A stretch of 53,629 bases of DNA from an uncultured Synechococcaceae cyanobacterium (GTDB lineage Bacteria > Cyanobacteriota > Cyanobacteriia > PCC-6307 > Cyanobiaceae), in the NCBI GenBank assembly GCA_902573335.1, contig CACGJI010000001.1, forward strand, positions 1-53,629, given 5' to 3'. Below, one piece after another: positions 43,813 to 53,629 of this stretch (position 1 is its first letter; the number at the start of each line of letters is the position of its first letter). The notes beneath the pieces were generated by a model. It saw only the letters and a program-made list of their open reading frames with translations, did not search any database and had not been told where the DNA came from. A program made the position numbers and the translations under genes.

Positions 43813-44820
43813 TTAACCCCATTTAATTAGGGCTGCACCCCAACTTAGCCCAGCACCAAAACCACTTGTAGCAATAATATCATTTTGTTTAATTCTATAA
43901 TCTCTAACAGCCTCATCCATCATTAGTGGAATAGTTGCTGCAGAGGTATTACCATATTTTTCTAAATTGCTAAGAATTTTTTCTCTTGGAATTTTTAACC
44001 TTTCTCCTACAGAATCCAATATTCTTTGATTAGCTTGATGCAGCAAAAGCCAATCAACTTGATCAGAATTATATTTCATTTTTTTCAACAACTTTTCAAG
44101 AATTATGGGAACTTCTTTAACTGCGAATTTATAAACTTCCTGACCATTCATCTGAATTGAAGAAAAACCTCCACTTAAAAAGTCAATGTCATCAATTATT
44201 GATTCCTTATTATTCTTTGATGGAAGATTAAGAAAAGAACCCCTCCCCCCATCAGTTCTCATATCAAAACCTATAAAATTATCAAATTCATTTGTGGCTT
44301 CAATTGCTAATGCACCTGCACCATCTCCGAAGAGAATACAACTTCTTCTATCATTCCAATCAACAAAACTTGATAATTGATCTGCTCCAATAACAATAGC
44401 TCTTTTAAAACTACCCCCTTTTAAAAATTGTGAGGCTGTTATTAAGGCAAATAAAAAACCACTACAGGCTGCAGTTAAATCGAAAGCTACAGCATTATAT
44501 GCCCCTAATTTAGCCTGAACAGATGGCGCTGACCCAAATAAATCATTGGGAGTAGAAGTAGCTAAAATTATCAAATCAATAGTTTTAATATCCCAATTAG
44601 CCATTTCAATAGCACTTAGAGCAGCCTCATAACCCATATCAGTGACATTATCTCCTATGCTGGAAATTCTTCTCTCAGAAATTCCCGTTCTAGATTTTAT
44701 CCATTCATCGCTCGTATCAACCTTTTGACTAATTTTTGGATTGGTAAGTATTTGATCGGGTACAAATCTTCCACTTCCCTTAAATGATATCCCAATCTGA
44801 TTAAAATTTATTCCTTCCAA
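43813..44820 (-). CDS. fabH: 3-oxoacyl-ACP synthase III
   Basis: DTSDEWI..RTGI, AACSGF, FGDGAGA, HQAN, GNTSAA and GFGAGLSWG. Confidence 0.97.
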   Translation of the reverse strand: MEGINFNQIGISFKGSGRFVPDQILTNPKISQKVDTSDEWIKSRTGISERRISSIGDNVTDMGYEAALSAIEMANWDIKTIDLIILATSTPNDLFGSAPSVQAKLGAYNAVAFDLTAACSGFLFALITASQFLKGGSFKRAIVIGADQLSSFVDWNDRRSCILFGDGAGALAIEATNEFDNFIGFDMRTDGGRGSFLNLPSKNNKESIIDDIDFLSGGFSSIQMNGQEVYKFAVKEVPIILEKLLKKMKYNSDQVDWLLLHQANQRILDSVGERLKIPREKILSNLEKYGNTSAATIPLMMDEAVRDYRIKQNDIIATSGFGAGLSWGAALIKWG

Positions 44821-44873
44821 AAGAGTTTTTTAGTTACTTATATAAGTCAAACATAAATTTGACGCAATATGTT

Positions 44874-46280
44874 TTATGAATTTAAAACTTGAAGCTTTTG
44901 CAGTTGATTTAAATTTTCCATGACGCCATGATTGACTGCTGAATGAGCCAAGCGAAGAGCACTAACTACAGATAAAGATTTACTGCTACCATGACCGATA
45001 ACGCAAATACCATTTACCCCAAGTAATAAGGCACCTCCATGTTCAGCATGATCTAACCTTTTTTTAATTCTGAGTAAATTACTTTTTAAGAAAGCTGAAC
45101 CAACTTTTCCCCGCCTGCCTCTTGGTAACTCAGATCTCAAAATATCTAATAAAACTCCTCCAACAGATTCAAGAAATTTTAATAGAATATTTCCTGTGAA
45201 CCCATCGCAGACTACAACGTCGAAATTACCTGACAGTACGTCTCGACCTTCACAATTACCTCCAAAATCAAAACTTTTTTCAGAAGATAATAATTCAAAT
45301 GTTTTTAGGGATAAATCATTACCTTTGCATTCTTCTTCTCCAATATTTAAAAGCCCGATTCTTGGCTTTTTTACTTGTAAGACATCTTTTGCGTAAATAT
45401 TACCTAAAAGAGCAAATTGATGTAGATAAGACGGCTTACAATCAGTATTTGCACCAACATCTAAAACCAAAACCGGTCTAGTTTGATCCCTTGTTGGAAA
45501 TAATGCGCCTATAGCTGGTCTATCAATCCCTTTCAACCTACCTATTCTAAATATAGCGGATGCCATCATAGCTCCTGAATTGCCTGCTGAGTAGATAGCT
45601 TCCGCTTTATTATTTCTTACTAAATCCATCGCAACATTTATACTTGCATTTTTCCTTTTCCTCACTGCAGTAGCTTCTTCATTCATTCCAATAGGCTCTC
45701 CACTATCAATTAATTCAAGACGATTATTATTTATTTCACTCTCTAATAATTCGGTTAAACCAATTTTTTCTGCTACGTTTTTAACTTTTTCAATTTTGCC
45801 AACAAACTTTATATTTATTGGAAATCTACTTATTGCTTCTAGGCAACCCTCAAGAATTGGCCCAGGAGCATGATCTCCACCCATCCCATCAACTGCGATC
45901 CAAATACGTTTAGATTGAATGTCTTCGACCTTATTGAATGTATTATCGCTACTTTGTAATCTTTTTAATGGATCAAACACTAATGGCTGTAATGTATTCT
46001 TTGCCATTGAACTAGCATTTGAAACTACACTACTAGCAGTATTAACAACTGATTCAGCACTTGAAACTACATTACCTGCAACATTACCTGCAACATTACT
46101 AGCTGTTGTTACTACTGATCCAGCACCAGAAACCATATTACCCGCAACATTACTAGCCGTTGCTGCAGAACTAGCAGCAGTATCAACTATAGAAGTCACA
46201 GCCGAATTTCTTTTATACCAAATTACTAATCTTCTAATAGCTCTGGGCTTGTTAATTTTTTGCGCTGTTTCTTTCCCCAT
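44874..46280 (-). CDS. plsX: Phosphate acyltransferase PlsX with ~124-aa N-terminal extension
   Basis: IAVDGMGGDHAP from about residue 128, SAGNSGA, LDVGAN, NIGEE..KG, VCDGFTGN and GHGSS. Confidence 0.96.
   Translation of the reverse strand: MGKETAQKINKPRAIRRLVIWYKRNSAVTSIVDTAASSAATASNVAGNMVSGAGSVVTTASNVAGNVAGNVVSSAESVVNTASSVVSNASSMAKNTLQPLVFDPLKRLQSSDNTFNKVEDIQSKRIWIAVDGMGGDHAPGPILEGCLEAISRFPINIKFVGKIEKVKNVAEKIGLTELLESEINNNRLELIDSGEPIGMNEEATAVRKRKNASINVAMDLVRNNKAEAIYSAGNSGAMMASAIFRIGRLKGIDRPAIGALFPTRDQTRPVLVLDVGANTDCKPSYLHQFALLGNIYAKDVLQVKKPRIGLLNIGEEECKGNDLSLKTFELLSSEKSFDFGGNCEGRDVLSGNFDVVVCDGFTGNILLKFLESVGGVLLDILRSELPRGRRGKVGSAFLKSNLLRIKKRLDHAEHGGALLLGVNGICVIGHGSSKSLSVVSALRLAHSAVNHGVMENLNQLQKLQVLNS
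46069..46157 (-). repeat. Intragenic coding repeats in the plsX extension (12-bp tandem plus 14-bp direct repeat at 54-bp spacing)
   Basis: + strand ACATTACCTGCA x2 plus ACATTAC (46069-46099); GCAACATTACTAGC at 46090-46103 and 46144-46157. Encodes TASNVAGN units. Confidence 0.85.
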
Positions 46281-47027
46281 TTATTTACCATCAAAGGGAG
46301 CAATATCGACAATCCGTTGAAAAAGATATCCTGTACCCCTTGCTGTCAATATCAATTCTGGATTGGCTGGATCAGCCTCCAGTTTAGATCTTAATCTTGA
46401 TATATGAACATCCACAACTCTTGTATCTACATGTCTCTCGGGGGTATATCCCCAAACTTCTTTCAAAATCTCTCCTCTACTAAATGGCTCTCCTGACCTA
46501 CTCACCAAAAGCTCTAAAAGACTAAATTCCATACCAGTTAATCTAATTCTCTCATCACTTTTAAAAACTTGTCTTCGATTTGTATCAATTTTTATATCCG
46601 TAACCAAAATTAATCCTGAATTAGGCATTCCAGGAATTTGCTCTTTGTCGATTCTTCTAAGAACACACCTAATTCTAGCTTCTAACTCTTTTGGGCTAAA
46701 TGGTTTTACTACGTAATCATCAGCCCCTAATTCTAAACCTGTTATTCTATCTGCAACATCTCCTAATGCAGTTAACATAACAATTGGAACATCAGAATCT
46801 TTCCTTAACTCTTGACAAACTCCATAACCATCTAGCTTTGGCATCATGACGTCAAGTACTACTAAATCAGGTTCATAATCTTTAAATAACTTTAGTGCTT
46901 CTTTGCCATCACTTGCAGTTACAACTTTGTAGCCAATCATGGAGAGACGTGTCTCCAGAATTCTTCTAATACTTGCCTCGTCATCTGCGACAAGTATAGT
47001 TTCTTTAGTTTGACTAGATAGAGCCAT
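46281..47027 (-). CDS. rpaB: OmpR-family response regulator RpaB (Ycf27)
   Basis: DDEASIRRILETRLSMIGY, VWGYTPERHVDTRVVDVHISRLR and ELILTARGTGYLF. Confidence 0.96.
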   Translation of the reverse strand: MALSSQTKETILVADDEASIRRILETRLSMIGYKVVTASDGKEALKLFKDYEPDLVVLDVMMPKLDGYGVCQELRKDSDVPIVMLTALGDVADRITGLELGADDYVVKPFSPKELEARIRCVLRRIDKEQIPGMPNSGLILVTDIKIDTNRRQVFKSDERIRLTGMEFSLLELLVSRSGEPFSRGEILKEVWGYTPERHVDTRVVDVHISRLRSKLEADPANPELILTARGTGYLFQRIVDIAPFDGK

Positions 47028-47133
47028 TTGTTTCTATTAGCTAATCAGTAAGAGAATTTATTATTAACCTAATCTAACTTGTAGAGGGGCAAATCCCAAA
47101 CATTCTAGTTCCATTAATTCATTTAGAGACTAA

Positions 47134-48495
47134 ATGTCTAGCAAATTATCTACTTTTATTTGTCAGAATTGCGGATCTGAAACTTCTCAATACTTTGGTA
47201 GATGCCTAAATTGCAACTCATGGAATTCCATTGTTGAAGAGATAAAAAATAAGAACTCTAAATATCAAGAAATAAAAAATATAAAAAAAAATAAACAATC
47301 TATACCGTTTAATGAGATCTCATCAAAAAAAATATCAAGATTTACAAGTGGTTTTAGAGAATTTGATCGAGTCCTTGGAGGTGGAATAGTACCTGGATCT
47401 GTTGTTTTACTAGGAGGAGAACCAGGTATAGGTAAAAGCACAATAGTTCTTCAATCAGCAGGAAAAATATCTCTTAATGAGAAAGTTTTATATATAACTG
47501 CAGAAGAATCTTTAGAACAAGTAAAAATTAGATGGGAAAGATTAAATCAAAACAGTATTGATTTACAAATTTTTGCAGAAACCAATTTATCCCTAATTAT
47601 TGAAGAAATCAAACGTGTAAATCCAAGTTTCGCAATTATTGATAGTATTCAAGCCATCCATAATCATGAAATGCAAAGTTCTCCAGGATCAGTTTCTCAA
47701 GTTAGAGAATGTTCATCTGAATTACAAAATCTTGCTAAAGACAATAATATTGCACTTCTAATAATTGGTCATGTAACCAAAGATGGTGCTTTAGCTGGCC
47801 CTAAAACTCTAGAACATTTAGTTGATACAGTTATAAACTTTGAAGGAGATAATATTTCCTCACATAGATTACTAAGAAGTATAAAAAATCGATTTGGATC
47901 AACCTTCGAGATTGGAATTTTTGAAATGTTTGAAGAGGGTTTACGAGAGATAAAAAACCCAAGTTCAATTTTTACAAATAAAGAAAACATTTCAGGTGTA
48001 ACAACTACTATTACAAATGAAGGCACTCGACCATTAGCAGTTGATATACAAGCACTGGTAAATAAAACTTTCTACAGTAACCCAAGACGTACTACAACTG
48101 GAATAAGCATAAATAGATTGCATCAAATTTTAGCTGTTATTGAAAAACACGTAGGGATAAAATTATCTGAATTTGATTGTTATATAGCTACTGGTGGGGG
48201 TTTTGAGATTAATGATCCATCATCTGACTTAGGTGTAGCAATATCAATTTTATCAAGTTTAAAAAATATTCCTCCTTTGGCTAGTACCTCATTTATTGGG
48301 GAATTGGGTTTGAGCGGTCAAGTTAGAAAATCGAATAACCTTCGGACAAAGATAGAAGAAGCTTTAAGACTAGGGATCAAAAATATCGTAGTACCAAAAC
48401 TAGAGGAGGAACTTAATAATAATTTTCAAAATTTAATAAATATCAAAGAGATATCCAATATTAAAGAAGCAGTGGATTATTCTTTATCACAATAA
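47134..48495 (+). CDS. radA: DNA repair protein RadA/Sms
   Basis: CQNC/CLNC Zn finger, GEPGIGKST Walker A, KNRFG motif and Lon-like C-terminus. Confidence 0.97.
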   Translation: MSSKLSTFICQNCGSETSQYFGRCLNCNSWNSIVEEIKNKNSKYQEIKNIKKNKQSIPFNEISSKKISRFTSGFREFDRVLGGGIVPGSVVLLGGEPGIGKSTIVLQSAGKISLNEKVLYITAEESLEQVKIRWERLNQNSIDLQIFAETNLSLIIEEIKRVNPSFAIIDSIQAIHNHEMQSSPGSVSQVRECSSELQNLAKDNNIALLIIGHVTKDGALAGPKTLEHLVDTVINFEGDNISSHRLLRSIKNRFGSTFEIGIFEMFEEGLREIKNPSSIFTNKENISGVTTTITNEGTRPLAVDIQALVNKTFYSNPRRTTTGISINRLHQILAVIEKHVGIKLSEFDCYIATGGGFEINDPSSDLGVAISILSSLKNIPPLASTSFIGELGLSGQVRKSNNLRTKIEEALRLGIKNIVVPKLEEELNNNFQNLINIKEISNIKEAVDYSLSQ

Positions 48496-48498
48496 AAA

Positions 48499-49020
48499 TT
48501 AAAGGTACATATCAATTGAGCTTCTGCCTGAGTTTTTCAACCAATTCTCAATATCTAAATACCCACCTGGATAAAGTCTCACTGCTTTAGACCAAACTTC
48601 AGCAGCTTTATCAAACCAAATATCTCTCTGATCTAAATCACCATTTTGCTCAGCATATCTTCCCCTTTTTTCATAAATTAAACCAATATTTTTCAAGCAT
48701 GATGGCTGTTTGGGATTTTCTACTAATGCTTTTTCATAAGTTTCAATAGACAAATCCTCTTCACCGTTACTCATATATATAATTGCCATATTTTTTAAAG
48801 TCTCACCCCTATCAATTTTATTTTCTTCAAGCAGTAAACTCTCTTTGTAATAATCTAATGCTTCCGAATAATCCCCATTATTTTGTGCAGCTAAGCCATC
48901 TCTATAATAAATATATGCCTTTTTTTCTTTCTCAGCTATAGGCATTATTTTTACAATAGATTCAGCAATTACAGTAAAAGCTTTATCAATAAAATTGTCT
49001 CTGTTTTGATTACTAGGCAC
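48499..49020 (-). CDS. ycf3: Photosystem I assembly TPR protein Ycf3
   Basis: [38 protein letters not shown] and [12 protein letters not shown]; GTG start at 49020 gives 173 aa. Confidence 0.95.
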   Translation of the reverse strand: MPSNQNRDNFIDKAFTVIAESIVKIMPIAEKEKKAYIYYRDGLAAQNNGDYSEALDYYKESLLLEENKIDRGETLKNMAIIYMSNGEEDLSIETYEKALVENPKQPSCLKNIGLIYEKRGRYAEQNGDLDQRDIWFDKAAEVWSKAVRLYPGGYLDIENWLKNSGRSSIDMYL

Positions 49021-49132
49021 TGCTCTAAATCTAATAAAATTAATATAGTAATTTAAAAAATAACTATTTAAAAAGTCTATTACATTTATTATTATAGTTA
49101 AATATAAAGTCAAGCATTAGTTTGCTTCAATT

Positions 49133-51436
49133 GTGAAAAATATGGAGAGCATACAACTAAAAGTTACAGGAATGAAGTGCGGAGGTTGTGTTAGTACTGT
49201 TGAAAAAATATTGAATAATTCTGACGGCATTGCAAATGTTTCTGTTAACTTGCTTACTGAAAGTGCATATTTTGAAATTACCCAGAAACATATAGAAATA
49301 GAAACAATTCTCGAAAATCTAAAAGAGAATGGTTTCCCATCAAAGATTTACATAAATGATTTTTCAAAAAAAATAAATAAAGCAGAATTAGAAAAAAAAA
49401 AGAAGTGGAATAATCAATGGAAAAAACTTACTTTTGCCCTAATACTTTTATTATTTTCAGGATTAGGTCATCTAGCAGAAGGAGAATATATAAATTTTCC
49501 AATATTAGGTAATCTATTTTTTCACGCTTCATTAGCAACTTTAGCTCTATTATTTCCTGGCAGAGAAATAATTATTAATGGATTTAAATCATTTATTAAG
49601 AACCATCCCGATATGGATTCTTTAGTAGCTCTTGGAGTAATTAGTGCATATACCACAAGTCTTCTATCCTTAATATTTACTACCACTGGTTTTCCTTGTT
49701 TTTTTAATGAGCCAGTTATGCTGTTAGGCTTCATACTGATTGGACGTTATTTAGAAGAAAGAGCAAGATATCAAACTAGTTCATCCATTGGAGAATTATT
49801 AGATCTTCAACCTGAAATGGCAAATATCTACACAGAAGACAATCAAATAAAGTCAATAAGAGTAAACACTTTAAGACCTGATCAAGAGATTCAAGTTTTA
49901 GCAGGAGACAGAGTACCTGCTGACTGCATTGTTACTCGAGGCAATTCATATATTGATGTTTCACATATTACTGGAGAATCCAAACCTATAGAGGTAAAAG
50001 AAGGCGAAAATCTATCTAGTGGCTCTTTAAATCTTAATTCAACTCTTAGACTTAAGGTACAAAAGGTTGGAGGAGATTGTTCTCTTGCAAAACTAGTAAA
50101 TCTTATTGAATCTGTAAACGCTAGAAAACCTCGCATTCAAAGCATTGCTGATGAAATAGCAGGCAAATTTACTTACTTTGTACTTATTTTTGCTACTTTA
50201 ACCTTCTTTTTTTGGTGGAAGGGGGCAAGAAACATATGGCCTGATTTATTAATTCACAATCATGAATTAATCACTCACTCAAGCCATACACTTCATAGTT
50301 CGCTTGGTAGTAATGCTGAGAATTTCCTGAGTTTAGCAATTCAATTGTCAATTGCTGTTTTAGTAATAGCTTGTCCTTGTGCATTAGGTTTAGCCACCCC
50401 AACTGTAATCACTGTCGCATCAGGTAAAGCAGCAAAAAAAGGGGTTTTATTTAAAGGCGGGGACAAAATAGAGATGGCTTCAAAAATTAATCACATTATT
50501 TTTGACAAGACAGGTACCCTAACAAAAGGTAAGCCTTTCATTGTTGATTACAAAAATAATGATGATCATTCATTTTTATTAAAAATAGCTGCCAGTTTAG
50601 AAAAGGAAAGCAGGCATCCAATCGCAGATGCCTTAATTCAAGAGGCAAAAAATCAAAATTTAAGTTTATTTTCAATAAAAAAAATTTTTACTCATTCAGG
50701 GCGAGGTATTTCTGGAGAACTTGAGTCAATCGATGGACTTATTAATATTGGAAATATTGAATGGCTATTAAGCAAAGGAATAATTATTGATAGTGATGCA
50801 AAAAAAGTGATTGAAAATGAAGAAACAAAAACTAACACTATCATTGGAGTAAGTATCAAAGATAAGTTATTAGGCTTTATTTTGCTCGGAGATTTACTCA
50901 GGGATGATTCAATTAAAACAGTTCAAAGTTTGAGAGAAAACAAATTTAAAATTAATATTTTAAGTGGAGATAGGAAACAAACAGTTTTAGCTTTAGCAAA
51001 AAAAATTGGTTGTAAAGAAACAGAAGTAAAATGGGATCTTCTTCCTGAAATGAAACTAGAGACTATAGAAAATTTAAAAATTAATAATAAAGTGGCAATG
51101 ATTGGTGATGGTATTAATGATGTCCCAGCCTTAGCATCAGCAGACTTAGGAATTGCGGTAGGATCAGGGACTCAAATAGCTAAGGCAAATGCAGATGTAG
51201 TATTAATGGGAGATCAACTAAATGGATTACCCTACGCCTTAAATCTTGCAAAAAAAACTATAAGAAAAATAAAGCAAAATCTAACATGGGCTTTTGGTTA
51301 CAACTTACTAGCTATACCTTTAGCCGCAGGCATTTTATTCCCTAAATATGGTATTCTTCTTACTCCCTCAATAGCAGCATTATTGATGGCTATTAGCTCT
51401 ATTACAGTTGTAATTAATGCTTTATCTTTGGATTAA
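49133..51436 (+). CDS. Copper-translocating P1B-type ATPase (CtaA/PAA1-like)
   Basis: GMKCGGC metal-binding domain, TGES, CPCALGLATP, DKTGT, HP, GDGIND, YN and MxxSS. Possible start at ATG 49142. Confidence 0.93.
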   Translation: MKNMESIQLKVTGMKCGGCVSTVEKILNNSDGIANVSVNLLTESAYFEITQKHIEIETILENLKENGFPSKIYINDFSKKINKAELEKKKKWNNQWKKLTFALILLLFSGLGHLAEGEYINFPILGNLFFHASLATLALLFPGREIIINGFKSFIKNHPDMDSLVALGVISAYTTSLLSLIFTTTGFPCFFNEPVMLLGFILIGRYLEERARYQTSSSIGELLDLQPEMANIYTEDNQIKSIRVNTLRPDQEIQVLAGDRVPADCIVTRGNSYIDVSHITGESKPIEVKEGENLSSGSLNLNSTLRLKVQKVGGDCSLAKLVNLIESVNARKPRIQSIADEIAGKFTYFVLIFATLTFFFWWKGARNIWPDLLIHNHELITHSSHTLHSSLGSNAENFLSLAIQLSIAVLVIACPCALGLATPTVITVASGKAAKKGVLFKGGDKIEMASKINHIIFDKTGTLTKGKPFIVDYKNNDDHSFLLKIAASLEKESRHPIADALIQEAKNQNLSLFSIKKIFTHSGRGISGELESIDGLINIGNIEWLLSKGIIIDSDAKKVIENEETKTNTIIGVSIKDKLLGFILLGDLLRDDSIKTVQSLRENKFKINILSGDRKQTVLALAKKIGCKETEVKWDLLPEMKLETIENLKINNKVAMIGDGINDVPALASADLGIAVGSGTQIAKANADVVLMGDQLNGLPYALNLAKKTIRKIKQNLTWAFGYNLLAIPLAAGILFPKYGILLTPSIAALLMAISSITVVINALSLD

Positions 51437-52075
51437 ATGAAAGGAAAATTCATCGTTATTGAGGGTATTGATGGATGTGGCAAAACTACCCAAATAGATG
51501 AACTATCTAAATGGCTGCCAAATAGTGGTCTAATGAAGAAAGGGTCTAAATTAATTACAACTAGAGAGCCTGGAGGCAGTCTTTTAGGAAAAAAACTAAG
51601 AGGACTGATTCTTGATAATAATGAAAATAACAAGCCTTCATCCCTTGCAGAACTATTGCTTTATTCAGCGGATAGAGCTGAACACGTTTCCAAAATTATT
51701 TCACCTGCTTTAAATAACAATGATTGGGTAATAAGTGATAGATTTTCCGATTCCACACTGGCTTATCAAGGTTATGGAAGAAATATAAATTTAGAAATAA
51801 TTAAAAATATTGAATCTATTGTGTGTCAAGGAGCATCTCCTGATCTCACTTTCTTCTTAGAAATTTCTCCAGAAGAGAGCATATTCCGAAGAAAAAATGA
51901 AATTCCAGACAGAATAGAATCAGAAGGTATTAGATTTTTAGAAAAAGTAAATGAAGGCTTCAAACTAATTGCCAAACAAAAAAACTGGAAAGTAATATCT
52001 GCTTCACAAAATATTAAAACTATTTCTAATCAAATTAGAGAGACTTTGCTAAACAATTTTTCTAATAACAAATGA
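51437..52075 (+). CDS. tmk: Thymidylate kinase
   Basis: [17 protein letters not shown] and [14 protein letters not shown]. Confidence 0.97.
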   Translation: MKGKFIVIEGIDGCGKTTQIDELSKWLPNSGLMKKGSKLITTREPGGSLLGKKLRGLILDNNENNKPSSLAELLLYSADRAEHVSKIISPALNNNDWVISDRFSDSTLAYQGYGRNINLEIIKNIESIVCQGASPDLTFFLEISPEESIFRRKNEIPDRIESEGIRFLEKVNEGFKLIAKQKNWKVISASQNIKTISNQIRETLLNNFSNNK

Positions 52076-53040
52076 TTGAGGTTAAAAAAAATAATTTTTT
52101 CTTGAATGAAGAAGTCAATACCTTTCTTAAGAACATAATTAAAAACAAATCATTGGCTAATGGTTATATATTTTATGGTGCTGAAGGATTAGGCAAAAAG
52201 CACACTGCTCTTAAATTTATAAAAGAGATTTTCAAACAGTCTTCACCAAGCAAAAATGTTGAAGAGAGAATTACAAACAATAATCATCCTGATTTTTTAA
52301 TTATTGAACCTAATTCTCTTTTGGCAACAAAAAGTTCAGGAAGTTTCGATCTTGAAAAAACAATAAAAAGTGGATCTGAGATTATTAAAATTGCTCAAAT
52401 ACGTAATATCAAAACTTTTCTTAGTCAAAAATCAATAAACTCAGAAAAAAAAATTGTTTTGATTATTGATGCACACCTCTTAAACGAAGCAGCCTCAAAT
52501 TGCCTTTTAAAAACCTTAGAAGAACCTAATAACGGCATTTTTATTTTACTAACATCTAAATTAAACCTTCTCTTAGATACGATCATCTCAAGATGTCAAA
52601 TCATCAGATTTCCATCTTTTTCTAGGAAACAAATAGAGTCAATTTTACAAGAATATTTAGATAATTCTAAATTAAAGAAAAATACAAAATTAAAATTGGA
52701 AGATTTAATAAACTCTGCAAATGGATCTCCAAATCAATTATTGAAAAATATTGAAATTTGTAATGATTTTTCAGATGAAATTATAAGTAAATTGGATTTT
52801 CCAATTAAAAATAGTCTGGAAATATTAGAAATATCTAAATCAATTTCTGAAAAATTAGAAATCTTTCAACAGATCTGTTTAGTAAATTTAATTCAAACAA
52901 TTTGGTGGAGAAAAACAAAAAATATCGGTTTAGTTAATAAACTTGAAAATTTAAAATTTTTCTTAAGAAAAAACATACAACCAAGGTTGGCTTGGGAAAT
53001 AGCTTTTTTAAAAATTTCAATGGAAGATATATCAGATTAA
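52072..53040 (+). CDS. holB: DNA polymerase III subunit delta'
   Basis: [33 protein letters not shown] and TIISRCQ; ATGA overlap with tmk. Confidence 0.9.
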   Translation: MIEVKKNNFFLNEEVNTFLKNIIKNKSLANGYIFYGAEGLGKKHTALKFIKEIFKQSSPSKNVEERITNNNHPDFLIIEPNSLLATKSSGSFDLEKTIKSGSEIIKIAQIRNIKTFLSQKSINSEKKIVLIIDAHLLNEAASNCLLKTLEEPNNGIFILLTSKLNLLLDTIISRCQIIRFPSFSRKQIESILQEYLDNSKLKKNTKLKLEDLINSANGSPNQLLKNIEICNDFSDEIISKLDFPIKNSLEILEISKSISEKLEIFQQICLVNLIQTIWWRKTKNIGLVNKLENLKFFLRKNIQPRLAWEIAFLKISMEDISD

Positions 53041-53629
53041 TCTACTGCAGAATTTATCAAGTCAGGATTTCTTGCTTGAATAAACTCTTGCCTAGCAGTT
53101 TCCACTTGAGAACCAATAGGTAACTCAAGACAATATCCAGCTCCGTATACAGTTTTTATATAAATAGGTTTGCGTGGATCGGGTTCAAGTTTAGTGCGTA
53201 AGTGTCTAATATGAACTCTTATTGTCTCAATATCATCATCAGGCTCATATCCCCATACTTCTTTAAGAATTAATGCAGGCGATACAGTTTGACCATGTCT
53301 CTGCAAAAGACAATGAAGAAGTTCAAATTCAAGATGAGTTAACCTAACAGGAGATTCGAACCATATAGCTTCAAATCTTTCCGGAACTAGAGTTAAGGGG
53401 CCATAATTTAATATTTCTTGCTGGTTACTAGAATTTAATTGTGCTCTGTTGGTTCTTCTTAATAAAGCTTTTATGCGTACATACAATTCTTCTAAATCGA
53501 ATGGTTTAGTAATGTAATCATCTGCTCCAGAATTAAATCCAGTAATTTTATCTTTAAGGCCGCCTAACGCAGTTATCATCAAAATTGGTATATTAGATGT
53601 TCTTTCATCTCTTCTTAATCGCTGGCATA
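53037..53629 (-). CDS. rpaA: OmpR-family response regulator RpaA (5' truncated by window edge)
   Basis: [57 protein letters not shown] and [15 protein letters not shown]. Confidence 0.95.
   Translation of the reverse strand, partial: CQRLRRDERTSNIPILMITALGGLKDKITGFNSGADDYITKPFDLEELYVRIKALLRRTNRAQLNSSNQQEILNYGPLTLVPERFEAIWFESPVRLTHLEFELLHCLLQRHGQTVSPALILKEVWGYEPDDDIETIRVHIRHLRTKLEPDPRKPIYIKTVYGAGYCLELPIGSQVETARQEFIQARNPDLINSAVD

Noticed and set aside
45919-46320. 133-aa plus-strand ORF antisense to the plsX extension
   Set aside because: Shadow frame of the Ala/Ser/Val/Thr/Asn repeat codons, which give no stops on the reverse strand; fully overlaps plsX and the end of rpaB.
49021-49113. 31-aa N-terminal extension of Ycf3 in the ORF track
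   Set aside because: AT-rich spacer/promoter sequence; Ycf3 similarity begins at GTG 49020.

Overview
This is an AT-rich, very compact core-genome segment of a marine picocyanobacterium. Gene content, gene order and low GC point to a high-light Prochlorococcus. It carries about 60 tightly packed housekeeping genes: argS (partial, with a 1-nt frameshift in a T-run), hisC-like aminotransferase, the prfB-DUF3285-ybeY-dgkA-trpG/pabA-MBL run, grxC-gshB, a phylloquinone cluster (menF, menA, menC, menE, DHNA-CoA thioesterase), NDH-1 genes (ndhH, ndhAIGE, ndhF/D, ndhM), rsmH, iscS, chlM, purE, cysC, trpB, gltA, nadK, metF, cugP-like, scpA, carotenoid genes (Z-ISO-like nnrU, pds, crtB), rpaB-plsX-fabH-fabD-plsC, radA, ycf3, Cu-ATPase-tmk-holB and rpaA (partial). 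I found no tRNA/rRNA genes, CRISPR array, mobile element or genomic island, and I cannot support a wholly new multi-gene system here. The most notable signals are the intact programmed +1 frameshift in prfB, a ~124-aa N-terminal PlsX extension built from uncharged amphipathic-looking repeats, a small ORF overlapping the redox regulator pedR tail-to-tail, a His-rich loop in the Cu-ATPase, an exported MBL-fold protein lacking its metal ligands, a loop-less (CC-adding type) tRNA nucleotidyltransferase, and dyad elements in several divergent promoters. All gene calls come from recognising protein motifs and synteny; no database search was run.
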